The translations under genes were made by a program, and so were the position numbers. Below, piece by piece: positions 25,901 through 39,273 of a stretch of 64,000 bases of DNA. The stretch is from Lepidodermella squamata. Taxonomy: Eukaryota > Animalia > Gastrotricha. The stretch spans positions 2,294,001-2,358,000 of the forward strand of contig JBLDXI010000002.1 of assembly GCA_047495785.1 (NCBI GenBank). The letters are read 5' to 3'. The notes beneath the pieces are model-generated. The model was not told where the DNA came from and did no database searches. It saw only the letters and a program-made list of their open reading frames with translations. Within the stretch, counting starts at the first letter, position 1. The number at the start of each line of letters is the position of its first letter.

Positions 25901-28900
25901 GCGCTATGAGAACTGGCTTAATAGCTTCGTTTATCCCGGTTGTAACAACACAAACACGCAAGTTGTGTTATTTTTAGCCCGCACCAAGTGGCAAGTACAA
26001 CAAAAATAGTGGCAAGGTGCGACGGACGAGGGTGACGCGCTTAATTTGCGAAAACAGCATGAATTTTCAATTAGTAGGGAAGATCATAATGGCGGTTAAA
26101 ATAATGAGAGCGCCGGCAAAAATCTCGAAAAAGTGGAACCGCCGGCGCCCGCGCGGGTGTGTCGCGGGCTTCCGCGGCGCGGCAAACAAACTGCCGGTGG
26201 CTACATTGGCAAGCAATTGACATAGTATCAAAGATGTCGTGATGAATGGGCTTGTCACTTGTCACCAGCGACAACAAAACGGCGAAGACGCGCCCGTATC
26301 AATGAGCGGCCGTCTTCATTGTCTGCAGGCTCGACTTTGTTGTTGCAAGCGGCGACGCTTGAGAGGTCTGCGTTAAAAGATGCGACGGTGATGAAAACAC
26401 GCCGTCAATGGCCGTATAAGTGGATAAAAGGCCAGCTCGGAAACGCCCGGTCGCGACCACTATAATGCAGTAGTAAAGCCCGGCGTGCCTTTTTCTGCGG
26501 TGACTCTGCAACACTGAAGACGATGGATGATAACGATGATGATGATTTTTGCCACTGTGTTTGCCGGTGGTCAACCCGGCTAACGGCCGCGTTGCTCGTT
26601 CCCTCTCTCTCAATTTGTGTAAGCAGAGGGGCGGAAGTCGGCGTTCAAGTGGCCGCAGATGGCACACGCAACAACCAATAGGTGAGCAAATACGCGGTGT
26701 GGAAATTACCCGCCTATTACATTTCACACACTCGCCGCCCGCCCGGCCGCCCCGGTCGTTCGTCGACGTGGCGCCAGATTGGCTCGAATTTTGACGCGCG
26801 GCGAGACTGAAACAAGCGAGCAACAAGTAAAAAATTAGCCAAGATCACCCTGCGGCAGCGGCGCCTGTCGACATCAAAGGCGGCGGCGCCGCGTCTAACA
26901 TAAGGTGCCACATAAATCAACTGGAAATGCGCGCGAAAAATGAACGAAACAAATTGCACGCAAGTACAATAAAATAATAAAAATTCCACCTTAATATGCT
27001 TTAAATTATATAAAAATCTATAAAAAAGAAACAACGTAAAATTTATGGGTCCAATTTGAAAAATATTGAAAATCTAATGAAGATTGATAAGTAGTAGCTT
27101 CAGAGTGTCACAAAAAAAGAGGATAAAGGCAAAGAAAAGCGTATATAGGTGAAAATTTCCCGTAGAGATGATAAGTGGAGAGTCTGTCCAAGTGGCTCAT
27201 TTGTTCACTTTGGCACGCATTAAACCGCAATGGATATGTGCTGCGCGTAATTTTGGCAACAAACGCGTTTGTGTTTGCGCAGGTATTCACGAGCGCACTC
27301 TTTCAACAAAATCCGCGCTCGCGTTGAGTGATGATGATTATTGTATTATTATTGTCCGTAATTGCGATAATATGATACCTTAAGAAGATGATGATGATAC
27401 CCTTGTTCTCTTCATTGCAAGCGAGCACAACAACAATAATGTGCGTTCCATGTTGTAAAATAAACGCGCGAGCGCGCCTTGGAAAAATGTGTGTACAAAC
27501 ACGGGGCAAGAGATCGGGAAAGCAGCCGGCGTATCATTGGGCGAAATCTCATCGCTGCTGAATAATTACGCGCTGGCCGTGATGAGTAATAAAGCGAGAG
27601 CGCGAATCGAACTGCAGCAGCACGTGTGAATAAATATTTAGTCTTTAAAGGGATGAACAAGTTAATAAGAAGGCCGAGGTCACGCTCAGGACCATCTTCT
27701 TCTCCTTTCTACAAGACGTTCAGATATCGTTCCATCTGTTAAAATAAAGCCCGTGTTGATGCTAATGGTTACTCTTGTTGTGCTTAATATGCGTGATGCG
27801 CTCATCGATGACTAAATAACAATAATAATCGCCACCAAAAGACAACAACATCTCTAATGACCATGTATCATCCGTATGATGGGTGATCTTTCGCCCGGAC
27901 GCGCGGGCGCACGGCCTTACGTAAGGGACGCGCGCGCGCAATAATTAACCGCGACACTAGCGCGCCATATGCGCTACGAAAAAGGTCGCCCTACGTCGCA
28001 AATACAGGAATCGATTGCGCAATGATGAGTCGCACGACAACTGATCAAACAAAAATCAAGTGCACGTCATCGGCTGGGGCCAGGAACACCACCGATAACT
28101 AAATTATTTGAGCGGCGCTAAATTTTAGGGCGCATATATTATATCATCTGATGGCTACATGCATATCAAAAATCGCGCACTGACGACAGGACATTATCGC
28201 TCATCATCAGTCAGTCATCGGCCTTATTATCCTAGGACGTGTTTTTTGTTAAATACAGTGCGTCGGAAATTTGCAATAATAAGATTTACTTTTTAAGGGC
28301 GCGCTAAAACTACTACCAGCAGCGGACAAAAGAAGAGCGGTCAAAAAATTCGATTTTTTTTCTTGCGGTCTCGTCTCGCTTTAATGGCTGATGGTGGCTG
28401 CTGGGTTAGCACGATAATAATAATAAAAATCATCACAAAAGCTGGAAACAACAAAATAATAATAAACTCGGCCTTACCGCAAAATAACACTTGCCATCGC
28501 AGTTTTTACTGCCAGTTTTTGCGCTGGCGCCTGAAAGATGACCAATAAAAAGGCGCGAGGCGGCTACTTAATAAAATATTATTATTTATCTTATACATAT
28601 AGGAAGCGGAATAAACACATTACTACGATTGTAGCTATAAAACACAAGCTTTTTCGCTGTTGCGGGATGGCCACTCAGTCTGTTAAAAACAGCAGCGGCG
28701 GCTGCTTAAATCTATAGCCTAGCACCAGCTCGTTAAGCGCTCGCAAAAAGACAAAAAGTCAAGAGGCGGCACATCTCGAGAGTTGACGTTCAACATTACC
28801 ATCATTATTATTGACTCGGGTTTGTTGTGCGCGCATTAACAAAAATAGCGCGTTTTTCACTCGCGCGCATCCTTGGCGCCAGAAAAGGCAGGCAGGCAGG

Positions 28901-31900
28901 CACTAACTAAGCGCTTGTAGTAGTCGTAGTAGCAGGCGGCAGTGAGATTTTTGCGGCGCGATATATCGCATGGCAAAAATAATGGGCTTTTCGGGCAGCA
29001 GCGAGAAAAGCGCGCGAGAAACGTGTTGTAAAAGCGAGCCGAACGCACTTTGTTGTTTATGACACGACGGCGAAGCGAGCCGATGACACGCCGGCGACAC
29101 TTTTTGCGGTGTGTCCAACCGAGCCGAGCGCGCGTGTAACGAACAGCTCGCAAGAACAAACAACGGCGGTGTTACAAAGCGCTTAGCAGCCGCTCGCTGC
29201 TGTGTAGTAAGTAACGTACTACAGCATATATATCGACAGCGTGTCAAAATTTTGCGCATTTTTAGCGCGCTAATTTGTATATTGTTAAAACAAGTGCTAA
29301 AAACTGAGCGCGAATACAATTAAATTTACGCGCGCGCCGGCGTGGAAAAATTCGAGAGTCTGCGATAACAAAACTGCTCATTAATGTTTTCCTACCTCTA
29401 CACCGCACTTCATTATTCTGGTTTCGCTAAAATGTTTTTTCAAGACAGATATGGGATGAGAATAAATATAAGGATTGTCGAAATATATAATATTATATGA
29501 AAAGTTGAGTTAATAAGATTAGTCTGGGTAATAAAAAGAATCCGTTTTTTTTTTTAATTAAATATGCTATACACTCGCGCAAAAGACCCTATAGTTTTAA
29601 TTACCACATCAGATGTTATAGGATACACGTGTCATTTAATGACAGCAACTGGTCAGTCGTATGGCGAGCGAAAAAAACGGGGCCTATCATTATTTCGAAA
29701 TCCGGCATAATCAGGAATTTAGCTAAGGAATGTGAGAGTAACAGGCACGGTGTTGGTAATTTGCAATAATAGCTATAGCGTGAACCCATCCCAAAGTTTA
29801 TGAGAACATAAAAATCGGCTTATTAAGCGCGCTTCAAAGTGGTGGGTAGAAAGATAGTGCGAGGCGATAGCGCAGGCAGCCGCAAAGCCGCTTTCGTGGT
29901 TGAATGGCACAAAGTAATCGAGAGCAGCAGCAGCGACTACTACCAGGTTGTTGTTATTGTCAGTTATAAACAATTACCTTTGATTTTATTCAATTTATGG
30001 CAGAAACGCGCGCGGCGAGTTCATTAAGCGGAGACACAAGTGGCCATTTAGTCGCGAGAGCGAGTGGACTTGAGGTGAACCCAGTGCAGTGAATCAAAAG
30101 GTATTAAGCTAGATCGTTGAGATACTTCTAAGAAGAAGGAAGCTATTTTCTTCGGTGCGACGGTTTCCGCCACCGCCAGCCGTTGTCGTCGGCGGATATG
30201 ATTACTAAAACAATGGCAGCACTGGCGCTTCATTAACACAGGGGCAAGTCTTTCAGCCAGTCGTAAGTATATCAATGAGCGGCGGAAGTGTGCAACGCTG
30301 TCGACAAGCCAAAGTGTTGTTGTTATCGCGTATATACAGATTTTCGGGCCAAAATTTGGCTTAAGACTCGCAATTTACGACAAAAGCCGTCCCCAGACGT
30401 GGCGCGCATGGGCCGGCCGGGTTACAGTCTGGTCTTTGGCCGTCGTCATATAAAAACGATAATTTCTGAAATCAATCCGCATTATCGATGCGTCATGACA
30501 TGATGATAGATGTCATCGAAGATAAAGCTAGCGCTAATGATTGAATATAAATCATGATGATAATAATAGCAGGAAATGCTGGGACTTTAATACTATAAAT
30601 AGGGCTCAAAAATGAAAAGTCGCCGCGGCTATCATCATCATCTGCGGCTAAATCAGCTACGATCCAATTGCAAGACGCTGCGTCCGACGCGTCTCGATAC
30701 TACTGGCCCCACCCGCCAGCTATGGCGATGTGTGGTGTTATTTTCGGCACACAAACGGCCGCTTCTTTCTCGAGTTTCGAAATGCGCATCCGTAAAATTA
30801 ATAGAGTCCTATCGCGCGCGCTTGTAATAGTATTACAAAAAGATGGCGCGGGAAAGAAATTCGACGACGCTGCCATTTGATTTGCGAATAGTGCCACCAA
30901 ACAATTGATTGTTGACACATCCGGGTTCGAATTTACACAAAAGTACGCACGCTTGGTGCAGCAGAAACAATAAATAATAATAGTAGTAATTGTAATCAAA
31001 TTGCTGCCTCAAGCCGGCTAATACCCGGCTAAAAATCACTTGAAATAAAAGTTCAATAGCAACAGCGACGACACAACAAACTCGGTCGCACAAGCGAGTT
31101 AAACCAGTGGCTATAAAGTTAGGTGTAATAAATGTCGCTAAATCGATAGGATTTATATTTCAGCGTGAGAGATTGAACCGGCCGTAGTCTATTAGCAGCT
31201 AAATGCTCCGCTGTAGGTAAACGGGTATTAGTAACGGATCTAAAGAGTTTGTTATTATTGTAGGGTCGAAAATGAACCCGCTGCGCGAAGGTGTCGTAGC
31301 AGGTTCGAGTGCATCGCAAACTGCTGCGAGACGCGACGACACTTGTCATTCCAGTAAGAAAAACGTAACGGATAGCGCTCGCGTGCGATGGATGATGGAT
31401 GAATGCTGTGCCAGTGAAATTGAAACGTTATTACCTAGCTATAACGCAATAACCGATGAGCGCTTGATAAACTCAGGTGCGCTAATAGCCCCGGTCATTT
31501 ACGAGACGCGCATTTTTGCGGCCGCGTGCGCGCATCACTGGGGCGTGTTGCGCCGATATATCCACCAGCCCACATTAATCCGCGGCAGGTAAATGCCGTA
31601 ATATGCGCATTTGCGTGCTGCATCTACAACGCCAACAACGATCGAGCGTTATAGCTATCATATAAATAACAATTTTGAAAATGATGGCCGTTATTATCAT
31701 TGGGAGGTAGGTATAATAAAATCGCGGCGAAAAAAACAGCGCGTGTCTGGCCGAGATTTTGGCACGAGTGACCCAGATTGCTAAATTACATGCTTAGTGT
31801 CGTTTACCGGTCCCAACACAGCCTGTTTTGGCTGTTTGTGCTGTGTCACACGCGGCCGTTTATTCGCGGCACTTGGTCACGAAGCAACTTCAAAACGAGA

Positions 31901-32500
31901 GTTTAATGAGCGTTGCCGGCTGCATACAGGATCGGGTTGCTTATCGGCGGCTGTGACTTCCTTGCGCCAAACACACTTCGCGCAGGCAGTCAACAACAAA
32001 CGGCAGCAACAGCAGGTGGGAAACGCGGCGAAGATGGGATAGGAAAACGCACGTTGCTAAACACGGCTGTTTGTCGGCGGCACAATTTCGTGTCAAAAGC
32101 AAACACTTCTGCTCTTAGGCACCAGTACTAGAGTGAAGACTATAAGAGAGACAACTGCCATCGTTTCCACATCATCACAGGCGAGTAAATAATAACTACT
32201 CTGAAAATTTTAATCACCCGGCTGCTCTGCGATGACCTTTGAAATTGTTACATTACTCACGAGTCTGCTGCTAGTTTCATCGCGGTGTCCTCAAGCGCGC
32301 TCGACAGTTTAAGGACACGGCGAGCAGTTTAGCTAAGGCCGCCGATGCTGATGAGGACGATGATGGCTAATTGAGGGGGCTGCGAACGTGGACTCGCGGC
32401 GCAGACGCGGCGCATCGCCGTCGGCACTGGCCCGCTGCGAAATTATCACGCCCCAGCGAACGGGAGCGGTCATTTTATTCGAGAAATAATTACGGGACTC
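22966..32500. promoter_or_regulatory. Long CpG/CGCG-rich non-coding region upstream of the protocadherin, putative cis-regulatory region or 5' intron
   Basis: No credible ORF or exon chain; many GCGC/CGCG words interleaved with short (TAA)n, (TTG)n and (GCA)n runs. Function inferred from position only. Confidence 0.4.
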
Positions 32501-32682
32501 ATCCAACGACCTCGTCATGGCTGAATTTTGAATGCGCATTTGCCAAGAATTTATTTTATTCTAAATTCATGGATGTCTTTTCAACCATCTCGAAAATATT
32601 TCACGAAATTTTGAAAAATGAGCCACTCGATTCAACACTAACGATTAACGATTTAATTAAAATTTTTCGTAATAACAAATAA

Positions 32683-33409
32683 TAAAGTGTGACCAATGTT
32701 TTTTTTGCCTCGCATTTCTTTAATAACTCCGTGACCGTGTGGAATATTTTTAAGCGGTTCTCAGCAGTCGATAGACCAGGTCTCCGGTAAACTTTCCTGC
32801 AATTTTCGTTAAAATTGTGAATCGAGCGAAGAAATTGGTAACGAAAATGCTGTTAGAGGTTTTAATTAAAAATTCCCATTTTTGAAAGGCATTTTTGCAT
32901 CCAATATGGCAAGAGCTGATCACCACTCTTTCCAGAGGATTCAAGCTGTTTGAGAGATGGTCCGTGATGGATCTAAGCCACCGATTCCTGAAAAGAAACT
33001 GCACAACTGTCCAAAACTCGCGGCTTCGCCAGGTTGGCACAGATCGCACAAAAAATGCAAAAAGCCATTTCGGATCGCTGTTGGTGGTCAAGAACTTTTC
33101 TGTGGATGCTGAGTTGAATTGGAGATGAGTTAAGGTTAAGGGCCTAATTATTAGCTAAGAAAATGTCCCCATGAAGCTTGTTTACAGGATGATGCCATCC
33201 AACCCAAAACTTAAAAAATGCCATTTTTCAAAAATGGGATTTTTTCATCAAAACCTCTAACAGCAATTTCTTCGCTCGATTCACATTTTAACGAAAATTT
33301 TAGGAAAGTTTACCGAAGACCTGATCTGTTGAAAACCGCTTAAAAATATTCCTCACGGTCACGGAGTTATTAAAGAAATGCGAGGAAAAAAAACATTGGT
33401 CATACTTTA
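32683..33409. mobile_element. Non-autonomous DNA transposon (MITE) with ~210-bp terminal inverted repeats
   Basis: Left arm TAAAGTGTGACCAATGTTTT...AGGCATTTT (32683-~32895) is the reverse complement of the right arm (~33215-33409, ending ACATTGGTCATACTTTA). AATAACAAAT occurs at 32671 and 33410, a possible Mutator-like TSD with a 2-nt offset. Confidence 0.85.
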
Positions 33410-34559
33410 AATAACAAATTACAGAAAATTAATCAAGTGATGAATTTTATCGGTTCTACCGTGGCGTGGGGTTAATTGGCCGGAAATATGGTTTTTTGAA
33501 CATTTTTTGCCTCTGGTAACTTGTTTCTTTTTAAATTTTATACCGTAAAAATCCCTGTTCAGTTCTCGATCGATTGGTAAAAACCCGGTCGACGACCGAT
33601 AAAATCAATCGATTCTGTGGAGCACTCTAAAACTTTACATGGTTTTCGTTTTTACGAATGCCGATCGAAGCCCGGGACAATGTTAGAAAACCTAGTCCTC
33701 GAATCGTTACGCCAGAAGTAGCGGGTCTCGCAACGGCAAACCAATCCACAAACCAGTGCAAACCCGATACAATATTGGAAAGCCTAGCCCGAGAACCGAT
33801 ACTAGCGCGAGCCGGTTTCCGGCTCGGCTTGGCCTTTTCATTCAAATTTAGTCGAACCGGGATGTGGCTGTAACCAGTGACTCTCGCCACTAAGTGGGGA
33901 TTTCGCTTAACAACGCGTGCGATAAATCCGGGTACCCAGACGGAAATATAAGACCAAAATCTCGGCCGTTTCATTTGGTCATCTTATTTGATACCCCCAA
34001 ATAGACGAAACGTTTTCTCCAAACTTTGGCCATAGATTCTCTCGGCCAAATTTTTCAGCTAAACGTGTCGTCAAAATAACCAAATTTTCGACAAAATATT
34101 GATGAGACTTTCAGCAAAACTGCGACCTGGGTTAAAAATGGACCAAAATATGTTGTCCATTAGTCCCTCACCATGTTCGACCGTGTAAGACTGCAATGCT
34201 GTGTTGTACTCAAGTCGCCCTTTTACTATGAGTTCAAGTCAGAAATCATCAAGTACTCACGATTATTTCCAAGTTTTATTCAATTATCAAGTTATACAAG
34301 TTGGGGTGGCGCAACACAGCTTTGAGTTGCATAACAATGGTGTGGAACGAGGGCGTGTCTCATTGCGAATTTTTTCATCCTCATTTATTTTATTTCGATT
34401 TTTACTGTGTTGTTTTTAAGATCTGCGCCTGACTTCGCTCTGCTGATTAGATTTCTGGGCATTTTTACTAGGTAGAACTATTAGGAAATACCGCATCACT
34501 ATTCCTTAGATTCCTTCATCAGGACTATCAATTATCATTTTGAATCAATATCTCGATTT

Positions 34560-36860
34560 TCTTGGGATAGCCAGCATTTAGGTAAAATTGCAAACTATTA
34601 ATTAATGTTATTTGATACGGCTAAAAATATAAGAGTGAAGTTTGTTGAATGCCAGAACTCCAGATCCAACCAGTCGTTTTTTATGGTTAATGGTTACCTT
34701 ATCAAAGATCCACCGTAAAATTTGGATTTGCGATTCTTCAGCTAAAAAATAGGTCGGCAGTAATAAACCATCCGAATAATCTCATCCAAAGCCTCATAGG
34801 CTTTTGAGCTGATTTTATGAAACATTTTATTACGTAATAAAATTCGAAAAATCACTTTCGTGTCGTCCAATGCGTAAATATCTTGTACCGAATCTGAACC
34901 GGAAAAAAACCTGAATGATGCCGAAGAAAATAACAAATAATGTAACAAATAATTCCGGCGAGGTCACAGAGACAGATTCTGAAGCTTTCAAATGGATAAT
35001 AAAGACTTGAAAAACGGAAATCATCTCTTGCTTATGGCCTTGATTGATTCAAGCCGGGTTGTATTTCATCAGGCAGGAAGCTGCGTAATTCTTGGTTGAT
35101 TATTCAAGCGATTTATGCCAAAACCTTCAGTCTATTGCGGATCGGAACTTCGCTGATTGAATGGCAAATTACTTCAGTCCAAACTGACTTCGGCCAGAAT
35201 CCCTCGGCTAAAAAATCGCAAATCAGTTTCAGTCAAATATTTCGCAGAACTTGAGGTCCAGCGAGTGGAAAAAATAGGCGAAAATATTAGGTGAAACAAT
35301 GGCCGAAACTCGTCAAAATGAGTAGGCAAAAATTTGACGCCAAATTTTCACCTAATCACATGAGACTTACTGGGTGGTATTCTCGAAGCAGTTTACATTT
35401 AAACCAAGTTTTATAAGACCAAACCAAAAACATTTTCGGTCTGAACAAGACCAAGAGCTTATTCTTGCGTATATAAAACGAGTTCAGTTTCTGATCGGGG
35501 ATTAACTGTAGACCTTATTAGACTAATTAGTTTGCGTAACAATCATGTATTAGCCGAGATTAGACCCTGTCCTCAGTCTTAGCCTTAGATCGTTATTGAG
35601 TTCTCGTTACTTCATCCATGCAAACTGTTGAACTGGTTCGTATTCACTACGCGGGGCTAATCTTGGGTTCTAATATCGTTTTTAGAACTCGGGTTTCAGT
35701 TTTCTCGTTCATGAGAAGCTGAAACCTGATTTTTCTAGAAAATAAACTCCAAATGTGTAGACCTGGTAGGGGGCAGGTCTACAGCTCATGGGTAAATTTG
35801 GACTGAACTGGTGGTTTTAACGGGGGGTTTGAAACAGTTCGGTTTTAAAATTTAAAACTTGGTTTTAAAGAAAGCCATCCATCGCCGGATTAACAGCTGT
35901 TTTAGCCGTTTGTCCCAACTTCTGTGTTTCATAACAATTGAATGTACCAAAAGAACAATCGACAAAATTCGTGGACAATCCTAAAACCAAATGCTAATTT
36001 GATTTGGTCTACATGAAACCACGTCTATATCCGGTTTGGTCTTAACATCAATAATACCGCTTCGAGAATACCACCCACTGTAGGACGCCGAGGCTGCTCA
36101 TTTTTGCTCGAAAATGCCGTGACAAGAATTAATCCGGGATTAGCTGCAGATGTTGCTAAACAAACCTCATTAAAATTCCGCGCGCTCTCCATGGCAACGC
36201 ATTTTTCAAATGCATGAAATAAGGTTTTACGAAGTGAGAAGCATGTAAATGTGACGTGTTTTAGGAGAAATGAATGCAAGTCGTTTTCGTTTTAAACTGC
36301 GCTGAAGATTCATTTTAAACTTTCCACCGCGAGAATAGTTAAATTTCAGCGTACATTTTTTAGATTGAATTCTAAATTATATTCTGGCTAAATATGAATA
36401 ATTCCAATAATAAAAAATAAAATGGGCTATTATTTTCATTAGCCGCTATATTCCAGCCATACATACGCTACAAGCCGCAATATTTCGCAAAGTCAGATTT
36501 AATAACAACGCATTTACGAGAAAGTCGATATTTTATTAAGCAGGCCTATAATTTTAAAGTCGACAACTGAAACACAGCGATCAGTGATTTTTAGTTTTTA
36601 GTCTTTTCCGAATTTCTTAATCCCTGCACGTAGCGATGTCGTAGTAGGTTTATCCCGAAAAATCGGATTGTTCGGTGACCCAACATGCTCTGCAGCTTCG
36701 TCAGAAAGGGACATCTCAACGCCTTAGCGGGTTAGAAACTCGACCCAGTTTTTGCTTTTGACCAGATGAAATGGGCATTGCATCGATAGGAAAGAAGTCC
36801 TAGTCTGTACAAGCTTGTATCGTCGCTGGTTTGAATCTGCGCTTCATGTCGACTCGGAAA
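34560..36860 (-). pseudogene. Possible highly decayed hAT-like transposase fragments
   Basis: Hand translation with stops/frameshifts gives DAMPFHLVKSKNWVEFL (~36740-36790), STRWTS (35252-35269), LEFW (~34650) and LAIP (~34565), in the order expected for hAT transposases. Confidence 0.3.
35368..36082. mobile_element. Innermost nested MITE (Tc1/mariner-like ends)
   Basis: Perfect 19-bp inverted repeat TGGGTGGTATTCTCGAAGC (35371-35389 / 36059-36077) plus an inner inverted pair TAAGACCAAACC / GGTTTGGTCTTA; right end CCCACTG-TA. Confidence 0.65.
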
Positions 36861-38113
36861 TATCGGGCTCGTAATCGACCGGTACCAAGCCATTTATTGA
36901 GTCTGCATGTGGCAATATGACGGCTCCAGGGTCTCTAGCCACTGAATAGCCACGGCTCTCCGTCTAACTAAAGACTTGCACTTGTTAACTGCGGCTTATT
37001 GGTGTATATTCCAAGTTTGAAATGATGAAAAGATGAAAAGGATGAAAGGATGCGAAAATCGGGATGAAAACCGGAGTGGTGGAACCAAAACCGGGTCTGG
37101 CCAAAGCCGGGGCAAACCCGTGTCATTTTTCGCACGAGACCCGTTACGTATGGCGATACGCCACAGCCAGGTCGAAAGCCGGGCGTCCCGGTTCAGTTAG
37201 TCTCACCTTACATAACGGGTCTCGTGCGAAAAATGACACGGGTTTTATGGATTAGGTTTTTAATATAGGCGAAAACCGTGTCAGGTCTTAGAGTGAGGTT
37301 GAAGGGGGGGGGGGGGGGGGGGTAACTTGGCCGGTGCGTGGGGTTCGGCGGTGAACCATCTGGCAGAAACTAGGTCGATGATTCATCACGCCCTCTCATG
37401 TCTAGGCCAAATTTTAGAGCGCATTTCGCACGTTAAACATCGGCCAAGTTACCCCACAAAATGCAGGTAATTACCGCTCGCGATTGCGACATCAGTTTTC
37501 AGGTGTCATTCGAAAGGTATCACCGAGAGGAGTCTGTCTGTGAAAACGGCGTTTTCCTCCGATCTCAGAATTCCTTGTTATAAAAGCACAAAATCTCAGC
37601 GCCTATAATGAACGAGTTTGTTTATTGTCATTTTAAAACGATTTCCGAATTCGGTGAAAAGGGAGTTGTAGCTCAGGTGGCAAGGAATGTTCCTATGAAA
37701 AAAATCGTGAAAAAAGTTTTTCTCGATGTGAAATCGACCATAAGGCGACTTTTACGGCCAAGTTACCCCATGCCACGGTGTATATGCCGTCAAATGCTTG
37801 TGTTTTCGTGAAAAAACATGTGGCCACGCGAAAGAAATGAAACAAGGACTCAACAACTAAATTTTAATGCACAGTTTTTTTCTAATTTAAAAATCAACGG
37901 GATCGAATTGCGTGATGAGCCTTTGACCTTTAGAATCCTTGAAAGACGGAGATTCTTGCTACGAAAATTTCAAAATTTCTGAGGATGTGCATCTTTTCCA
38001 CCTTTTAAATCAAGGAATTTAAATTAGCGTGCATATTTATTGTTTAACGACAACAGACAAGTGCGTGCGTCCGATCTGTTTCATCATTGTCTATGATGAA
38101 ACTTGAATGTGTA

Positions 38114-38930
38114 CCGTAAGGCGGTCTTACTTCGGACAAAAACGTGTTTTTGTGGCTTAGTTTTTCGAGGTGAACGAATTTTTTGACGGGCTTTATGTCA
38201 AAAGATGCGCCTTGAAAAACTGCATATTCTAGTATCAACTCCGGTAAGCAAATAATTTTTCCCGTACAGGTATTAAAGGAAAACTGGTCCGGCTAACTTC
38301 GGACACAACTGGGGTAATTTCGGACAGCTCAATGTGAATATTTAGATTGGGGTCAAAGTTCACATTAAAGCGAGATAAAATTAGTGAGCAGATTTAAGAA
38401 AAAAAAACTTAAAAAAAAACCAAATGCATGATGAGGGATTCGAACCCTCAATATTGAATTGTGCTCCCAACGCAGCTTAGTGCTGTTCTCAATAAAATAT
38501 GGAGTTTAAAAAATGTCAAGGTCAATTGACATCTTTTTTAATTTCCCGTAGTTTGAAGCTGTCCGAACTTACCCGGGACAAAATTTATTTTCTAAAGTAT
38601 TTCCTGATCAAAATTTTCGTTAAAAATTTGTTTGAACATGACAGCATTACTAAATCGATGGTGCTCTATCTTTTCCGCTTCTCTCCACGAAAAAATACCT
38701 ACCTGTGAAAAGTTAGCAATTTTGGGTCGCGGGACATGACTGCCAAGAAGTTAGACTATTCTTCGCATACTTATCTGTTTTCAATGTTTCTGGTGTCATT
38801 TGAAAGCCAAGACTCAGGGCTATCTTTTGCAATTTGAACGGTCTCTATATTCACCGGGGTTGAGGAGAAATTCCAGTTCAAAGTCAAAAGTGTCCGAAGT
38901 TACCCTGTCCGAAGTAAGACCGCCTTACGG
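38114..38930. mobile_element. MITE with perfect 25-bp TIRs and TA target-site duplication
   Basis: TA-CCGTAAGGCGGTCTTACTTCGGACA ... TGTCCGAAGTAAGACCGCCTTACGG-TA; internal TTCGGACA/TGTCCGAA copies at ~38298, 38319, 38560 and 38891. Confidence 0.9.
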
Positions 38931-39273
38931 TATTTTACACACACCTATGAACCCCACTTATATATTATAATGAATCATATTAAATGCGATGAAAAAATTG
39001 ACCCTCTAAGTATTCAAGATAAGATTATGTGTAATACTTCTTGGTAAAACTAAAATATTCATGTATTCATCGTATTACGCCTCCGCATGTTTGTCATCGT
39101 AGGGTGCAAAATGATTCAACTTTTCTTCAATTCAAGATATAAAACCTTCCTAAAATTCACTTCAAATTCACTTTACATAGCCTCTAACAACAAACACCCC
39201 AAGTTCTTAAATTTGAAATTTGGAGAGTTTCCATTTCCTGCATAAAAGCATTATATTTCTACAGTAACGCAAC

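Larger units (their letters stand above)
33623..37295. mobile_element. EnSpm/CACTA-like decayed element nested in the outer MITE
   Basis: TIRs CACTCTAAAACTTTACATGGTTTTCG (33623-33648) and 37270-37295 (22/26 match); CACT...AGTG ends; 2-bp AG on both flanks; CCGG/AAACCCG-rich subterminal regions. Confidence 0.65.
33459..37778. mobile_element. Tc1/mariner/pogo-type MITE interrupted by a large insertion
   Basis: TIRs CCGTGGCGTGGGGTTAATTGGCCG (33459) and reverse complement at 37755-37778 (21/24 match); flanks TA and TG; internal copies of GGGGTAACTTGGCCG at ~37319 and 37441. Confidence 0.7.

Noticed and set aside
23189-32682. Numerous 60-175 aa ORFs upstream of the protocadherin
   Set aside because: R/A/C/I-rich translations reflect GCGC and trinucleotide composition; no splice-consistent structure.
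35520-35550. CYA(H)-like hAT motif on the minus strand
   Set aside because: It lies inside the nested MITE and needs a substitution to fit, so it was not counted as transposase evidence.
37304-37322. 19-nt poly-G run as a functional G-quadruplex
   Set aside because: It extends the GGGG of a MITE internal repeat; homopolymer slippage or sequencing error is equally likely.
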